Shown here: positions 23,189-32,566 of the stretch, one piece after another | How the letters are laid out: every line of letters begins with the position of its first letter | Position numbering within the stretch: position 1 is the first letter of the stretch | Origin: a bacterium | GTDB lineage: Bacteria; SZUA-182; DTGQ01; JAFGSM01 | Direction of reading: 5' to 3' | DNA: 64,000 nucleotides | Assembly (NCBI GenBank): GCA_049472315.1 | Contig: JBLIRN010000004.1 | Coordinates: 1 to 64,000 of the forward strand | Notes under the pieces: model-generated | Database searches by the model: none | Seen by the model: only the letters and a program-made list of their open reading frames with translations | What the model was told of the DNA's origin: nothing | Position numbers and translations under genes: made by a program

Positions 23189-23893
23189 ATGGACGAGTCA
23201 TCGAAAAAAAGGGGGACCCTCTTTGTGATCGGCACCCCTATCGGCAACCTGAATGACATCACCCTCCGGGCGGTCGAGGTCCTGAAGGGGGTGGACAGGG
23301 TGGCCGCGGAGGATACCCGCCATACCAGAAGGCTCCTGAGCCGGCTCCATATCTCGAAGCCCATGGTCAGCTACCATGAATTCAACGAGCAAAAAAGGGG
23401 GGCATCCATCATCCGCTCCCTTCTTGAGGGTGCGTCCATTGCACTTGTTTCGGACGCAGGCACCCCCGGGATATCCGACCCCGGATACCGTTTGGTGCGA
23501 GAGGCCATTCAGCATGATATAGCGGTGGTCCCCATACCCGGTCCCTCCGCCATCCTGGCTGCACTCTCTGCCTCGGGTCTTCCCACCGACTCCTTTGTGT
23601 TCGAGGGATTCCTGGAGGCGCGGGAGACCAGGCGGCGGAAACAGCTTGAGCGGCTCAAGGATGAGGAGAGAACCATCATCCTGTTTGAATCCCCCCACCG
23701 GGTGCTCAAGGGTCTCGATGCGGTGCTGGAAATCCTGGGCAACCGCCCCATCTGCCTGGCACGCGAACTGACCAAGATACACGAGGAATTGCTCAGGGGC
23801 GATGTGGCAGCGGTCCTGGAAAATCTCAAAAAGCGGGGGAGGATCAAGGGGGAAATCACCCTGATCATTCAGGGAAAGGGGCGAAAGGGTTGA
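23189..23893 (+). CDS. rsmI: 16S rRNA Cm1402 methyltransferase
   Basis: GTPIGNLNDITLRA, AEDTR, VSDAGTPGISDPG, FESPHR, RELTK. Start may be 23165 or 23189. Confidence 0.97.
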   Translation: MDESSKKRGTLFVIGTPIGNLNDITLRAVEVLKGVDRVAAEDTRHTRRLLSRLHISKPMVSYHEFNEQKRGASIIRSLLEGASIALVSDAGTPGISDPGYRLVREAIQHDIAVVPIPGPSAILAALSASGLPTDSFVFEGFLEARETRRRKQLERLKDEERTIILFESPHRVLKGLDAVLEILGNRPICLARELTKIHEELLRGDVAAVLENLKKRGRIKGEITLIIQGKGRKG

Positions 23894-24055
23894 ATCCCGG
23901 TTGCGACCAAATTCCTGGCGAAGGCTATACCGTGAAGAGGCTTGGAATATTTAATTGCCCAGCATGGTACGGGGAGGGGGATGCAGATGCATCCCCCTCC
24001 CCGCTTATGCCACGACGCCCAGTATTGCCGCATGGGAAAATGACATGGTGAGATC

Positions 24056-24592
24056 ATGGTGAGGATAATCGTGAGCGGATCACAGCCGCGAACGGGGAAG
24101 ACCTCGCTCATCCTGTGGATGCTTGAGGGATTAAAAGGATTTGCCGTAATCCAGGTGAAGGCAGCCAGCCTGTTCAGCTCGGTCATTGTGGAGCCGAATG
24201 GGGATGAGGCGGATCGGTTCAGACAGGCCGGCGCAGGGCAGGTGCTTTCCGTAGAAGCGGATACAAGGGATTATGCCGATGCCATCGAACAGGCATTCAG
24301 TCTTGTGCCCCTCCATATCCACGGGGTGATCATCGAGGCATACCCCCATCCGGAAGGGGTGCATGGAGATGTCCTGATCTTTATGACCGACCGACCGCAC
24401 ACGGCTGGAATCCCTGCTGAAGTGAATCATACCGTTATCGTCGATATATCGGAAGCCGCACCTGTTGAGAAAAGGGGAAATACGGTTCAATATCCGATTT
24501 TCAGCCTGCACCTGATGAACAATGGCCAGGAGGAATGTATCCGATTCATGACATACCTGAAGGGAGTGATCAAGCGGCTAAAGATTCAGTGA
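24056..24592 (+). CDS. Hypothetical P-loop protein (MobB-like N-terminus)
   Basis: IIVSGSQPRTGKTS Walker A-like motif; FRQAGAGQV segment typical of MobB-like proteins. Confidence 0.55.
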   Translation: MVRIIVSGSQPRTGKTSLILWMLEGLKGFAVIQVKAASLFSSVIVEPNGDEADRFRQAGAGQVLSVEADTRDYADAIEQAFSLVPLHIHGVIIEAYPHPEGVHGDVLIFMTDRPHTAGIPAEVNHTVIVDISEAAPVEKRGNTVQYPIFSLHLMNNGQEECIRFMTYLKGVIKRLKIQ

Positions 24593-25555
24593 GCGTGCTG
24601 CAAGTCCACATGCCCCGATCATGCCGGCATCGTCGCCCAGGTGCGCCCGAACGATCCTGACCCTTTCGGCAAGCCCGGCCAAGGACCTTTGTTTGGTCTC
24701 CTCCACCATGGAGGGATAGAAGAAATCCCAGGCATTGCTCGCCCCGCCCCCAATGATGAACAATTCAGGATTCAGTATGTTGATGAGACTTCCAATGGCA
24801 ATACCGAGATACACCCCGGTTTCCCGCAGGATATCCCGGGCCGTGTCATTTCCTCCGAGGGCCGCCCGATGCACGAGGGCAGCGGTCAATTCCCCGGGCT
24901 CGTTGATCCCTACGGCTTTAAAAAGTCTCTGAGCGGTCCGATCATCGAGACGTTCAATGGTCCTTCGCACGATCCCGGTGGCCGAGACATACGCCTCCAG
25001 ACACCCCCTGTTTCCACACGGGCACTGCAATCCGTCGGGCACAATGGTCATGTGCCCGATTTCCCCGGCCATACCCTCAGAACCATGCCAAAGCCGCCCA
25101 TCCAGGATGATTCCCCCTCCCACGCCTGTGCCCAGGGTAAGGCCGATCATGATCGAGCAATCCTGTCCGGCCCCGGCCCAATGCTCGCCAAAAACGGCTG
25201 CATTGGCGTCGTTATCGAGGATGGTCGGGATATCAAACCTGCGGGAGATGATATCCCTTAGGGGGACATCATGCCATCCGGGGAAATTGGGGGAAGTTAC
25301 AATAGTCCCTCGTTCGATATCGATGATCCCCGCGGCACCGATTCCAATCCCTTGAATGGATCCATGCGGCGATTGCCCCTTCAGTTCCTGAATGACGGCG
25401 ACAATACGTTCGACAATCCGATCCCGTCCCTCGTTGACCAGGGTCGGAACCAGTTTTCGGGATAAAACCTCACCATTGATGTTCACTATACCGGCGTGTA
25501 TATTGGTGCCGCCCAAGTCTATGCCTATAAGATATGCCAGTTGTGGATCAGTCAT
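24578..25555 (-). CDS. ROK family sugar kinase (glucokinase-like)
   Basis: GIDLGGT, NDANAA, GTGVGGG, GEIGHM, CPCGNRGCLE. Confidence 0.93.
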   Translation of the reverse strand: MTDPQLAYLIGIDLGGTNIHAGIVNINGEVLSRKLVPTLVNEGRDRIVERIVAVIQELKGQSPHGSIQGIGIGAAGIIDIERGTIVTSPNFPGWHDVPLRDIISRRFDIPTILDNDANAAVFGEHWAGAGQDCSIMIGLTLGTGVGGGIILDGRLWHGSEGMAGEIGHMTIVPDGLQCPCGNRGCLEAYVSATGIVRRTIERLDDRTAQRLFKAVGINEPGELTAALVHRAALGGNDTARDILRETGVYLGIAIGSLINILNPELFIIGGGASNAWDFFYPSMVEETKQRSLAGLAERVRIVRAHLGDDAGMIGACGLAARSLNL

Positions 25556-25586
25556 GGTAACCCGTATATGGCTTTCTGGTCTGTCC

Positions 25587-26738
25587 CTACTTCCGCTTCA
25601 GTTCAATCCATTTCTCATCCAGCCCTGCCATTCCCTCCCAGGCACGGTCCAGATACAACATATCAAGGGTGGCGATTGCAGCCATTGCCTCGATCACCGC
25701 ATAGATCCTTCCGACCAGCGTGGGGTCCCTTCTGGTGATGGGGCTCAACCGCTCCTCCTTCATGGTCATCATGTTGATGGAAGGCTGCTCCACCGAGACG
25801 GTAGGAGTGGGCTTTATGGCCATTCTGCAGATAATATCCTCCCCGTTGGTCATCCCGCCCAGGACGCCGCCGGCATGATTCGTCCGGAACCTCACCTTTC
25901 CCTTATCAAGGTAGGGATGATCATTGAATTCGCTCCCCTTCATGGTGCCGCACCTGAATCCGGAACCGAACTCGATTCCCTTCACCGCCCCGATGCTCAT
26001 GACGGCATGGGATAACACAGCGCCGAACTTGTCAAACACAGGCTCTCCCAAGCCGGCAGGGATATTATGGATCACCATCTCGATGATGCCGCCCATGGTA
26101 TCCCCCTCATCCTTCACCTTCAGGACCCGTGTGGTCATCTCTTCAGCGGCATCGAGATCAGGGCAGTTGATCTCGTTCTTCCGATAGTTTTTCTTGGCCT
26201 CGTCAAAACTCATCTCTTTGGCCCTGACCCCGGCACATTCAACGGTATATGCAAGGACCTCTATCCCATGCTGTGCCAGGATGATCTTGGCCAGTGCCCC
26301 GCCGGCCACCCTGCCCACCGTCTCCCTGCCGGATGCCCGGCCCGCGCCGCACCAGTCGGCCGACTCGCCATACTTCAGGAAATAGGTATATTCCGCATGG
26401 CCCGGTCTGATGAGGTCCTTGTAATCCCTGTACTGGTCGATATGGACCATTTGGGTATCCACGTTATACACGATCATCCCCACCGGGGCCCCTGTGGTCA
26501 CCCCGTCCTGGCCCATGCCCGCAAAGATATGGACCTGGTCGGTCTCCTTCCGCGGGGAGTCCAGTTTGCCCTGCCCCGGCCGTCTCTTGTCCATCTCCTT
26601 CTGGATCATCTCGTCCGTCAGCCTGATTCCAGGCGGCACGCCGTCGACGATCACCGCCAGGCCCGAGCCCTTCCCGATACCATACGATTCCCCGCAGGTG
26701 GTGACCCTGAATATCCTTCCGAAGCTATTTCCCATCAT
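25587..26738 (-). CDS. aroC: Chorismate synthase (divergent)
   Basis: GNSFG, RRPGQ, RPGHA, GRASGRET, GLGEPVFDK, TNHAGGVLGGMTNG, KPTPT. Confidence 0.92.
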   Translation of the reverse strand: MMGNSFGRIFRVTTCGESYGIGKGSGLAVIVDGVPPGIRLTDEMIQKEMDKRRPGQGKLDSPRKETDQVHIFAGMGQDGVTTGAPVGMIVYNVDTQMVHIDQYRDYKDLIRPGHAEYTYFLKYGESADWCGAGRASGRETVGRVAGGALAKIILAQHGIEVLAYTVECAGVRAKEMSFDEAKKNYRKNEINCPDLDAAEEMTTRVLKVKDEGDTMGGIIEMVIHNIPAGLGEPVFDKFGAVLSHAVMSIGAVKGIEFGSGFRCGTMKGSEFNDHPYLDKGKVRFRTNHAGGVLGGMTNGEDIICRMAIKPTPTVSVEQPSINMMTMKEERLSPITRRDPTLVGRIYAVIEAMAAIATLDMLYLDRAWEGMAGLDEKWIELKRK

Positions 26739-26756
26739 TGTGAACGACCTCCTTGA

Positions 26757-28028
26757 CTATTCCATTATCTCCATGTTCGCCCCAATTCCCTTCATGATAC
26801 CAGCATAATCCGGGAATGTCACACCCACTGCCTCGGCCGTGTCGATCACGGTCCGCCCCGAGGCAATCATCCCGGCAAGGCTCAAGGCCATCACCACCCG
26901 ATGATCATGGTATCCATGAACATGAGCGCCATGAAGCCCCGAATGCTCGATGACCATGCCGTCTTCCCTTTCCTCGACATGGGCACCCATCTTTTTGAGC
27001 TCATCCGTCATCACCCTGATCCGGTCCGTCTCCTTTATCCGGGCATGGGCGACATTCCTGATGACCGTCCTCCCCTGGGCATAGCATCCCAGCACGCTGA
27101 TCGCAGGCAGCGCATCAGGGGTATTGTTCAAGTCCAACTCACATCCGGTCAGGTGGGATCTGTTCACCGCTATGCCCTCTTTTTCGATCCGAATATCCGC
27201 ACCCATTTCTTTGAGATAGTCCAGAACGTGCTTGTCCGCCTGGGTATCCTCCATATCCAACCCCTTGATCACCAGATCCTTTCCGAGCATCACCCCTGCA
27301 ACCAAAAGGAATGTGGCACTTGACCAGTCGCCGGGAATGGTTTTCTCGAAGGCCTTATAGGCTTGATTCCCGAAGATCATTATGGTTTCAAAATCATGGT
27401 TCTCATATCGTATTCCCATCTCATCCAGCCACCTGAGGGTCATCTCGATATAGGGCTGCTCGCAGAGATTCACTATCCTGATCTCGGTGTCCCGGGAAAC
27501 AAGCGGGCAGTTGATCAGCAGGCTGGAGATATACTGCGAGCTTCGGCAGTCCACTGCGACCCTCCCGCCCTTCATCCTCCCTGTAATCTCAACAGGGGGG
27601 CAACCGTTGTGATTCACGGAAACAGCCTGTGCACCCAGTGCATTCAAGGCATCGAGCAACGGCTGCACCGTTCTTTTCCGTATCGAGGCATCGCCGTCGA
27701 TACGGACTTTTCCGTCTCCAAGGGCGGCGGTTCCCATAATCAGGTTGGTGGTGGTTCCTGAATTCAGCGTATCAATCCTTGAACCTGTCTTTGGCCTTCC
27801 TGAGAATCCCTGAATACTATATTCACCGCCCTTTTTCCCCATCCGAGCGCCCAATGCCGTGCATGCGTTGATCGCCGCCCGGGTATCGGCAGATTCAAGC
27901 GCATTGATTAATCGTGATTCACCCTCCGCAAGGGATGCAAAGACAAACCCCCTGATGGTGTGGGACTTGCTGCTGGGCACCAGGACCTCCCCGGTGATTT
28001 CCTCCGTTCTATTAATCTGAATTCTCAT
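26757..28028 (-). CDS. aroA: 3-phosphoshikimate 1-carboxyvinyltransferase
   Basis: PSSKSHT, SSQYISSLL, PGDWSSA, RIKETDRI, DHRVVMA. Confidence 0.96.
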   Translation of the reverse strand: MRIQINRTEEITGEVLVPSSKSHTIRGFVFASLAEGESRLINALESADTRAAINACTALGARMGKKGGEYSIQGFSGRPKTGSRIDTLNSGTTTNLIMGTAALGDGKVRIDGDASIRKRTVQPLLDALNALGAQAVSVNHNGCPPVEITGRMKGGRVAVDCRSSQYISSLLINCPLVSRDTEIRIVNLCEQPYIEMTLRWLDEMGIRYENHDFETIMIFGNQAYKAFEKTIPGDWSSATFLLVAGVMLGKDLVIKGLDMEDTQADKHVLDYLKEMGADIRIEKEGIAVNRSHLTGCELDLNNTPDALPAISVLGCYAQGRTVIRNVAHARIKETDRIRVMTDELKKMGAHVEEREDGMVIEHSGLHGAHVHGYHDHRVVMALSLAGMIASGRTVIDTAEAVGVTFPDYAGIMKGIGANMEIME

Positions 28029-29491
28029 AGATCTCCCAAAACCGCCTTTTTCATCAGTTCCTTATTGCAATCCTTACCTGTCCACAATTGGAATTGCCGT
28101 GCCGCCTGATTCACGAACATCTCCACCCCTGAAACCGTCCGGCAGCCATTCTCAGCCGCCATCCTTAATAATCTGGTTTGACCGGGATTATAAACCGTAT
28201 CAAAAACAACCATATCCTTCAACACATCCGCCTCCACCGGGCTTTGCTCGATATCCGGCGACATGCCGATGGACGTGGCATTGATCAGGATCTCCACATC
28301 TTCCCAGGGCACATCCTCCACTCTTAAAAATCCACACCCCAGATCAGCGGCCAGTCCCCTTCCCTTTTCCTCGGTTCTGTTGACAATGCTCAGACTCGCT
28401 CCCCTCTTCAGGACACCATAGCCGATGGCCCGTGCCACCCCGCCGGCCCCGATCATCAGCACCTTCCTTCCATCCAGGCGGGTTTTCTCTTCCAAGGCCT
28501 CCACAGCCCCGTCAATATCCGTATTACATCCCGACAGCCTTCCACCCCTCACCACGACGGTATTCACCGCACCCACCCTGCGGGCATCCTCATCCACTTC
28601 ATCAAGATATTCCATGATCCCCTGTTTATGGGGCATGGTCACACTGAATCCGGCCAGTCGCTCCCTGAAGGCGGACACGAATCGGCCGATATCACTGACC
28701 AGGAAATTGAGATACACGGCATTCATTCCGTGCTCCTTGAAACAGCGATTATGAAGTATATACCCCTTGCTCTTGGATACGGGATTGCCAACCAAGCCAT
28801 ACAGGCGAAGGCCTTTGAGCTTGAGATCCTTGACCCTGTAGATATCCCTCAGGGTAGTGCACCGGATCTGGCCGGGTGCGGATTCCCTTCCCTTCTCCAT
28901 GCTGCCGAAGGTGAGGTACGAGCCATAGGCGCACGAGAGAATCCTCGATATCTCTCCCATCTCTCCCATGCATATGCCGATAAAATCCCTGCCCTCTTTC
29001 GCGGCCCTTTCAATCAGGCTGAGCATCCTCAGATTATCCGTTAAATTCGTGGGCATCACGGCTATCTTCATGATATCCGCGCCGAACCCCTTCATCTGCT
29101 CATAAATCCCTTCAATATCCATAGGCATCTCATTGAAGTTGTGGTAGGATAGAATAATCCTTGAATCCCTTCTGCAGGCCATCACCCCCTTCACCGCCTG
29201 CCTGCCTGAACTCATCTCGATGTCCACATGATCAGCCCCGAACTCGGTGCACCTTCTCAATATCTCTACCCTTCTTTCCTCGCTTCCGGAATACCGCCCC
29301 CCTTCATCCGCCTTCCTGCAGGTCATAATCAGGGGGGATTTTTTTCGAGAAATGATCTCCCTCAGGTCTTGGTCATTCAATTCGGATATATAGTCCAGCC
29401 TGATCTCGACGATATCCGCCGTCCGGGCGGCCGCATCCATCTGTCTCCTTACATCACCGATATCTTCCGCAATGACCGGACAGCATATCAC
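28025..29491 (-). CDS. aroDE: Bifunctional type I 3-dehydroquinate dehydratase / shikimate dehydrogenase (AroD-AroE fusion)
   Basis: N-half: EIRLD, EGG, SYHNF, SAPGQ. C-half: GNPVSKS, SVTMPHK, GAVNT, NTD, GAGG, NATSIGM, QAARQF. Confidence 0.93.
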   Translation of the reverse strand: MICCPVIAEDIGDVRRQMDAAARTADIVEIRLDYISELNDQDLREIISRKKSPLIMTCRKADEGGRYSGSEERRVEILRRCTEFGADHVDIEMSSGRQAVKGVMACRRDSRIILSYHNFNEMPMDIEGIYEQMKGFGADIMKIAVMPTNLTDNLRMLSLIERAAKEGRDFIGICMGEMGEISRILSCAYGSYLTFGSMEKGRESAPGQIRCTTLRDIYRVKDLKLKGLRLYGLVGNPVSKSKGYILHNRCFKEHGMNAVYLNFLVSDIGRFVSAFRERLAGFSVTMPHKQGIMEYLDEVDEDARRVGAVNTVVVRGGRLSGCNTDIDGAVEALEEKTRLDGRKVLMIGAGGVARAIGYGVLKRGASLSIVNRTEEKGRGLAADLGCGFLRVEDVPWEDVEILINATSIGMSPDIEQSPVEADVLKDMVVFDTVYNPGQTRLLRMAAENGCRTVSGVEMFVNQAARQFQLWTGKDCNKELMKKAVLGDL

Positions 29492-30233
29492 GGCATATCA
29501 CCCGGTGCCCTTCTCATGATCCCACTTCTCACTTTCATGTCAATGGCCATATACGCCATCCTTCCATGCAGAATATGACTGACGTTATCAAACGATTAAC
29601 ATAATTCAATTATAAATTATTTTCTTATGCCCTTTTTGGAAGGAATAAAATCATTATATACAATGTATAATAATATCCTCATCTTACTTGAAGATCAAGC
29701 ACTTTAATCTCATTCCACTCCTAACGTCTCTATCAAAGTCCATCAGTTTGATGGCATATTCAACCATCCGGAGGCAGCCGGGATATGACTCGGACAGGAT
29801 TTCAACGTCCATACCGAACAATCAGGTATAAGGATTGCCCCTCTTTTTTCTCTGACGATCTGCTGGATACCGCATATAGAGCAGCAAGAAGAATTTCCCT
29901 CGACAACACACTATCAATCCGGTTATTGTGCAAGGGTATCAAATGTTGTTCCAATCTGAGGATTTCGCTTCAAGGATTTCATGCTTGTCTTACAGTAAAT
30001 GGTAGAAAAAACAGTCATATATTGCCCTTACTCCCCTTAAAAAAAACGCATTTCTATCAATGCATGACTGATCACTGGAGGCACTTGTACAGACGTATGA
30101 TGAGCGGTGTTACAGGCAATATGAATTCTGAAGGCTGGTTATTACTAGAGTAATCGAGGGATACTATTTTTGTCTTGCCGGCGATACAGAGGCGCCATTG
30201 TCAGTTGGGCCGTTCTATTATGCAATCCGTATC

Positions 30234-30764
30234 TTAAGGGGCATATATCGTCGATACTACTGCAAGAGCAGAGGCAACATCCGGGTTCCCCGTATTTATG
30301 AGCAAGTTTAACAATAATGGATCATTCAGTAATAGGGGATTTAATGCGATCAATCCCAAAACGGCATCGACTTGAGGGTTCCCCGTATTAATTAGAAAAT
30401 CCGCCACTGCAGGTGCAATAAATGAGGTGGGAAACACCGGAGTAATCGCGGGCGGAAACACCGAAACAATCGGAGACGGAAACAGAGGGAAAAGTAATCC
30501 GGATGCCGCGGCAGTCGGAGCGATAGTTGTGGTCGGAGCAGTGAGTACTGGGGATAAAGCAAGCGTCGGATCAATATATGTGGGATAATAAAAGGGTAAC
30601 AATGCAGGAAAATACGAGTAAAATGAGAGGTATGGCGAAAAATATTTTGAATAATACAGTGGAGCGAGCGCATTCGCAGGGAAATCGGATATAAACAGGA
30701 AAAGAACTATCACTAAGACCCAGAGAAGCACCCTCTTGTTTCTGTTTATTTTTTGTGTCTTCAT
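30234..30764 (-). CDS. Exported low-complexity Tyr/Pro/Leu-rich protein with duplicated LINTGNP motif
   Basis: SD GGAGGT, Sec signal ending ANA, mature part nearly uncharged; LINTGNPQV and LINTGNPDV repeats. Confidence 0.75.
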   Translation of the reverse strand: MKTQKINRNKRVLLWVLVIVLFLFISDFPANALAPLYYSKYFSPYLSFYSYFPALLPFYYPTYIDPTLALSPVLTAPTTTIAPTAAASGLLFPLFPSPIVSVFPPAITPVFPTSFIAPAVADFLINTGNPQVDAVLGLIALNPLLLNDPLLLNLLINTGNPDVASALAVVSTIYAP

Positions 30765-31016
30765 GGCCTATCACCTCCAGTGGACAGAATTTAATTGTAT
30801 GAAGAGTGGAAAATGTATTAAAAGATTAAAAGATAAATGGTTCTACGAATTGCAACAAAGAATAATGATGCATAAATTATGCGGGAGGACCTTTTCGAAA
30901 TAATCTTGATTATAAATCAGTTGGATACTGTTAACTATATTATTTTGTCTATTAGTTATTTATGCAAATTAAATAATATAAATTGTAAACAGTTTCATAC
31001 TGAACTGTTCCAACAC

Positions 31017-31043
31017 ATATCGTCTTTATCCGCTTTATCTTAA
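31017..31043 (-). promoter_or_regulatory. Possible sigma28-type promoter upstream of the 30764 gene
   Basis: TTAA-N15-GACGATAT versus consensus TAAA-N15-GCCGATAA. Confidence 0.35.
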
Positions 31044-31321
31044 TAATAGGGAAAAATAAGTGCGGAATGCTATTCCCCTAAAATTTCATCTTCCGTGCTC
31101 ATCGGAAGTCCAAGGAAAAAACGATCCTTGATTTTATGAGTCGGATCCATAAATAATGAAGAGTCAAACCCTATCACACGCCAAAAGGCATCCCACTTAG
31201 GAAGGCGTGGACATGTGGAAGGCCGAATATGCGGAAAGGACAGGGATTTCGGTCACATAGTCGAACATCCCTGGTTGTGCGCCAGACAAGTCCAGTATAG
31301 GCTTTGGGGTGAAGCCGCTTC

Positions 31322-31501
31322 TTATGCCTTTACCCTGCTATGCTTTAATCGTCGCAGTTTATGATATTCCTTTACGAATACCTGCCATACCTCGCCGAGG
31401 AACTTTGTTCCGCCGAAGATCATCGCCGGCATGAGCATGATGGTGACCATCACCGACAGCACGAAAAGCAGAAACATTTTTACGAGCAGAATGAGTTTCA
31501 T
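31322..31501 (-). CDS. 59-aa small membrane protein (below the ORF-track cutoff)
   Basis: SD GGGGGAG then ATG. MKLILLVKMFLLFVLSVMVTIMLMPAMIFGGTKFLGEVWQVFVKEYHKLRRLKHSRVKA: hydrophobic helix plus basic tail. Confidence 0.7.
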   Translation of the reverse strand: MKLILLVKMFLLFVLSVMVTIMLMPAMIFGGTKFLGEVWQVFVKEYHKLRRLKHSRVKA

Positions 31502-31678
31502 ATGCTCCCCCTAAAAGAAATTAAGGATATACTCCCCTGCCATGTTGAATATCGATACCTGTCATAACGATCATGGTCACTGTCATACGGTATATCCAAC
31601 ACCGAGTAGGGGGAAAACCCCCTATTGCCCATTTTTGGGGCCATACAACCCGGTGAGCATAATGCATTTTTATATATG

Positions 31679-31694
31679 AGCAATTTACATGCCA
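31679..31694 (-). promoter_or_regulatory. sigma54 (-24/-12) promoter
   Basis: TGGCATGTAAATTGCT, near-perfect match to TGGCACNNNNNTTGCW. Confidence 0.75.
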
Positions 31695-31961
31695 GAATCA
31701 TCCTGCCCGCCAATTTATCTTATTATCGGAATTTTAAGGCAAAACCCATTATGTATCGATCATGCATCCATATTCGTGAGAATGATCCATGTTCATATCC
31801 TTACTCGGAGAGTCAAATATTGCACACTGCGGGCCATTCCGGCATAATCCGGTTTGGCTCGGTGGGTGGTCTACAGGGATTTATAGGATTTCGCTGAGCC
31901 GAGCATATGAGGGAACAGGGTGTGGAGGGATTATTCGTTCTTCGCTAAGCCGAAGAGGGCA

Positions 31962-32339
31962 TCAATGCGGTTGATCGAATCCGCTATGGGTCTGGGATTC
32001 CTCATCGGGAGAGGCGCCTTCCTCTTCCCTTTCCTGACACGGGACATTGATGGTCTGAACCGATTGTGAAGAAAAGAGCGGGTGACCACAGTAGGGACAG
32101 TAACGGGCCCCGGGGATCTCACGGAACGACCTCCGGCATGCCTGACACGTGTGCACATTTTTTTGTTGTGACGTCTGCCATCGAATAAAAAGCCAGAGGG
32201 GAAGGAATATGATCATGGCCATAAACGTTCCGAATGCCCATAGGAGCGCCTGACCTTCGGAACGTCCCTTATCCCTGGCATCGATGAATACCCAAAATGC
32301 CGCCAAGGCCGGTATGAGTATAGCGAGCAAAAGATGCAT
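31962..32339 (-). CDS. Small two-TM membrane protein with zinc ribbon
   Basis: WVFIDARDKG..W two-helix N-terminus; CQAC...CPYCG; upstream TTTACA-17-TATGAT promoter (32411-32383). Confidence 0.75.
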   Translation of the reverse strand: MHLLLAILIPALAAFWVFIDARDKGRSEGQALLWAFGTFMAMIIFLPLWLFIRWQTSQQKNVHTCQACRRSFREIPGARYCPYCGHPLFSSQSVQTINVPCQEREEEGASPDEESQTHSGFDQPH

Positions 32340-32566
32340 GGAAAACCCTCAGCCGTTCATATGATTATGTTTAGGCAGTATCATCATAGTCTATTGCCGG
32401 TGCGATGTAAAGCCCTGCAAGAGCCTGTGACCGGTTTCACCAACTTCCAACACCAGGGGAAACGACGACCGGATGGCATCCTCCCCTTTTCATATCTCAT
32501 TCTATGCCCTTTTCACAGGGTAAAGGGCAGCAATCCCCGGAAAGGACAGGGCTCTTACATTGGCTA

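Noticed and set aside
29785..30153. 122-aa plus-strand ORF in the AT-rich gap
   Set aside because: No motifs and atypical composition; likely spurious or a decayed remnant.
31220..31320. c-di-AMP (ydaO) riboswitch, suggested by GCCGAAT..AAAGG and TTGGGGTGAA
   Set aside because: The 3' CCCGTCAGCTAAC core is absent and there is no plausible plus-strand gene downstream.
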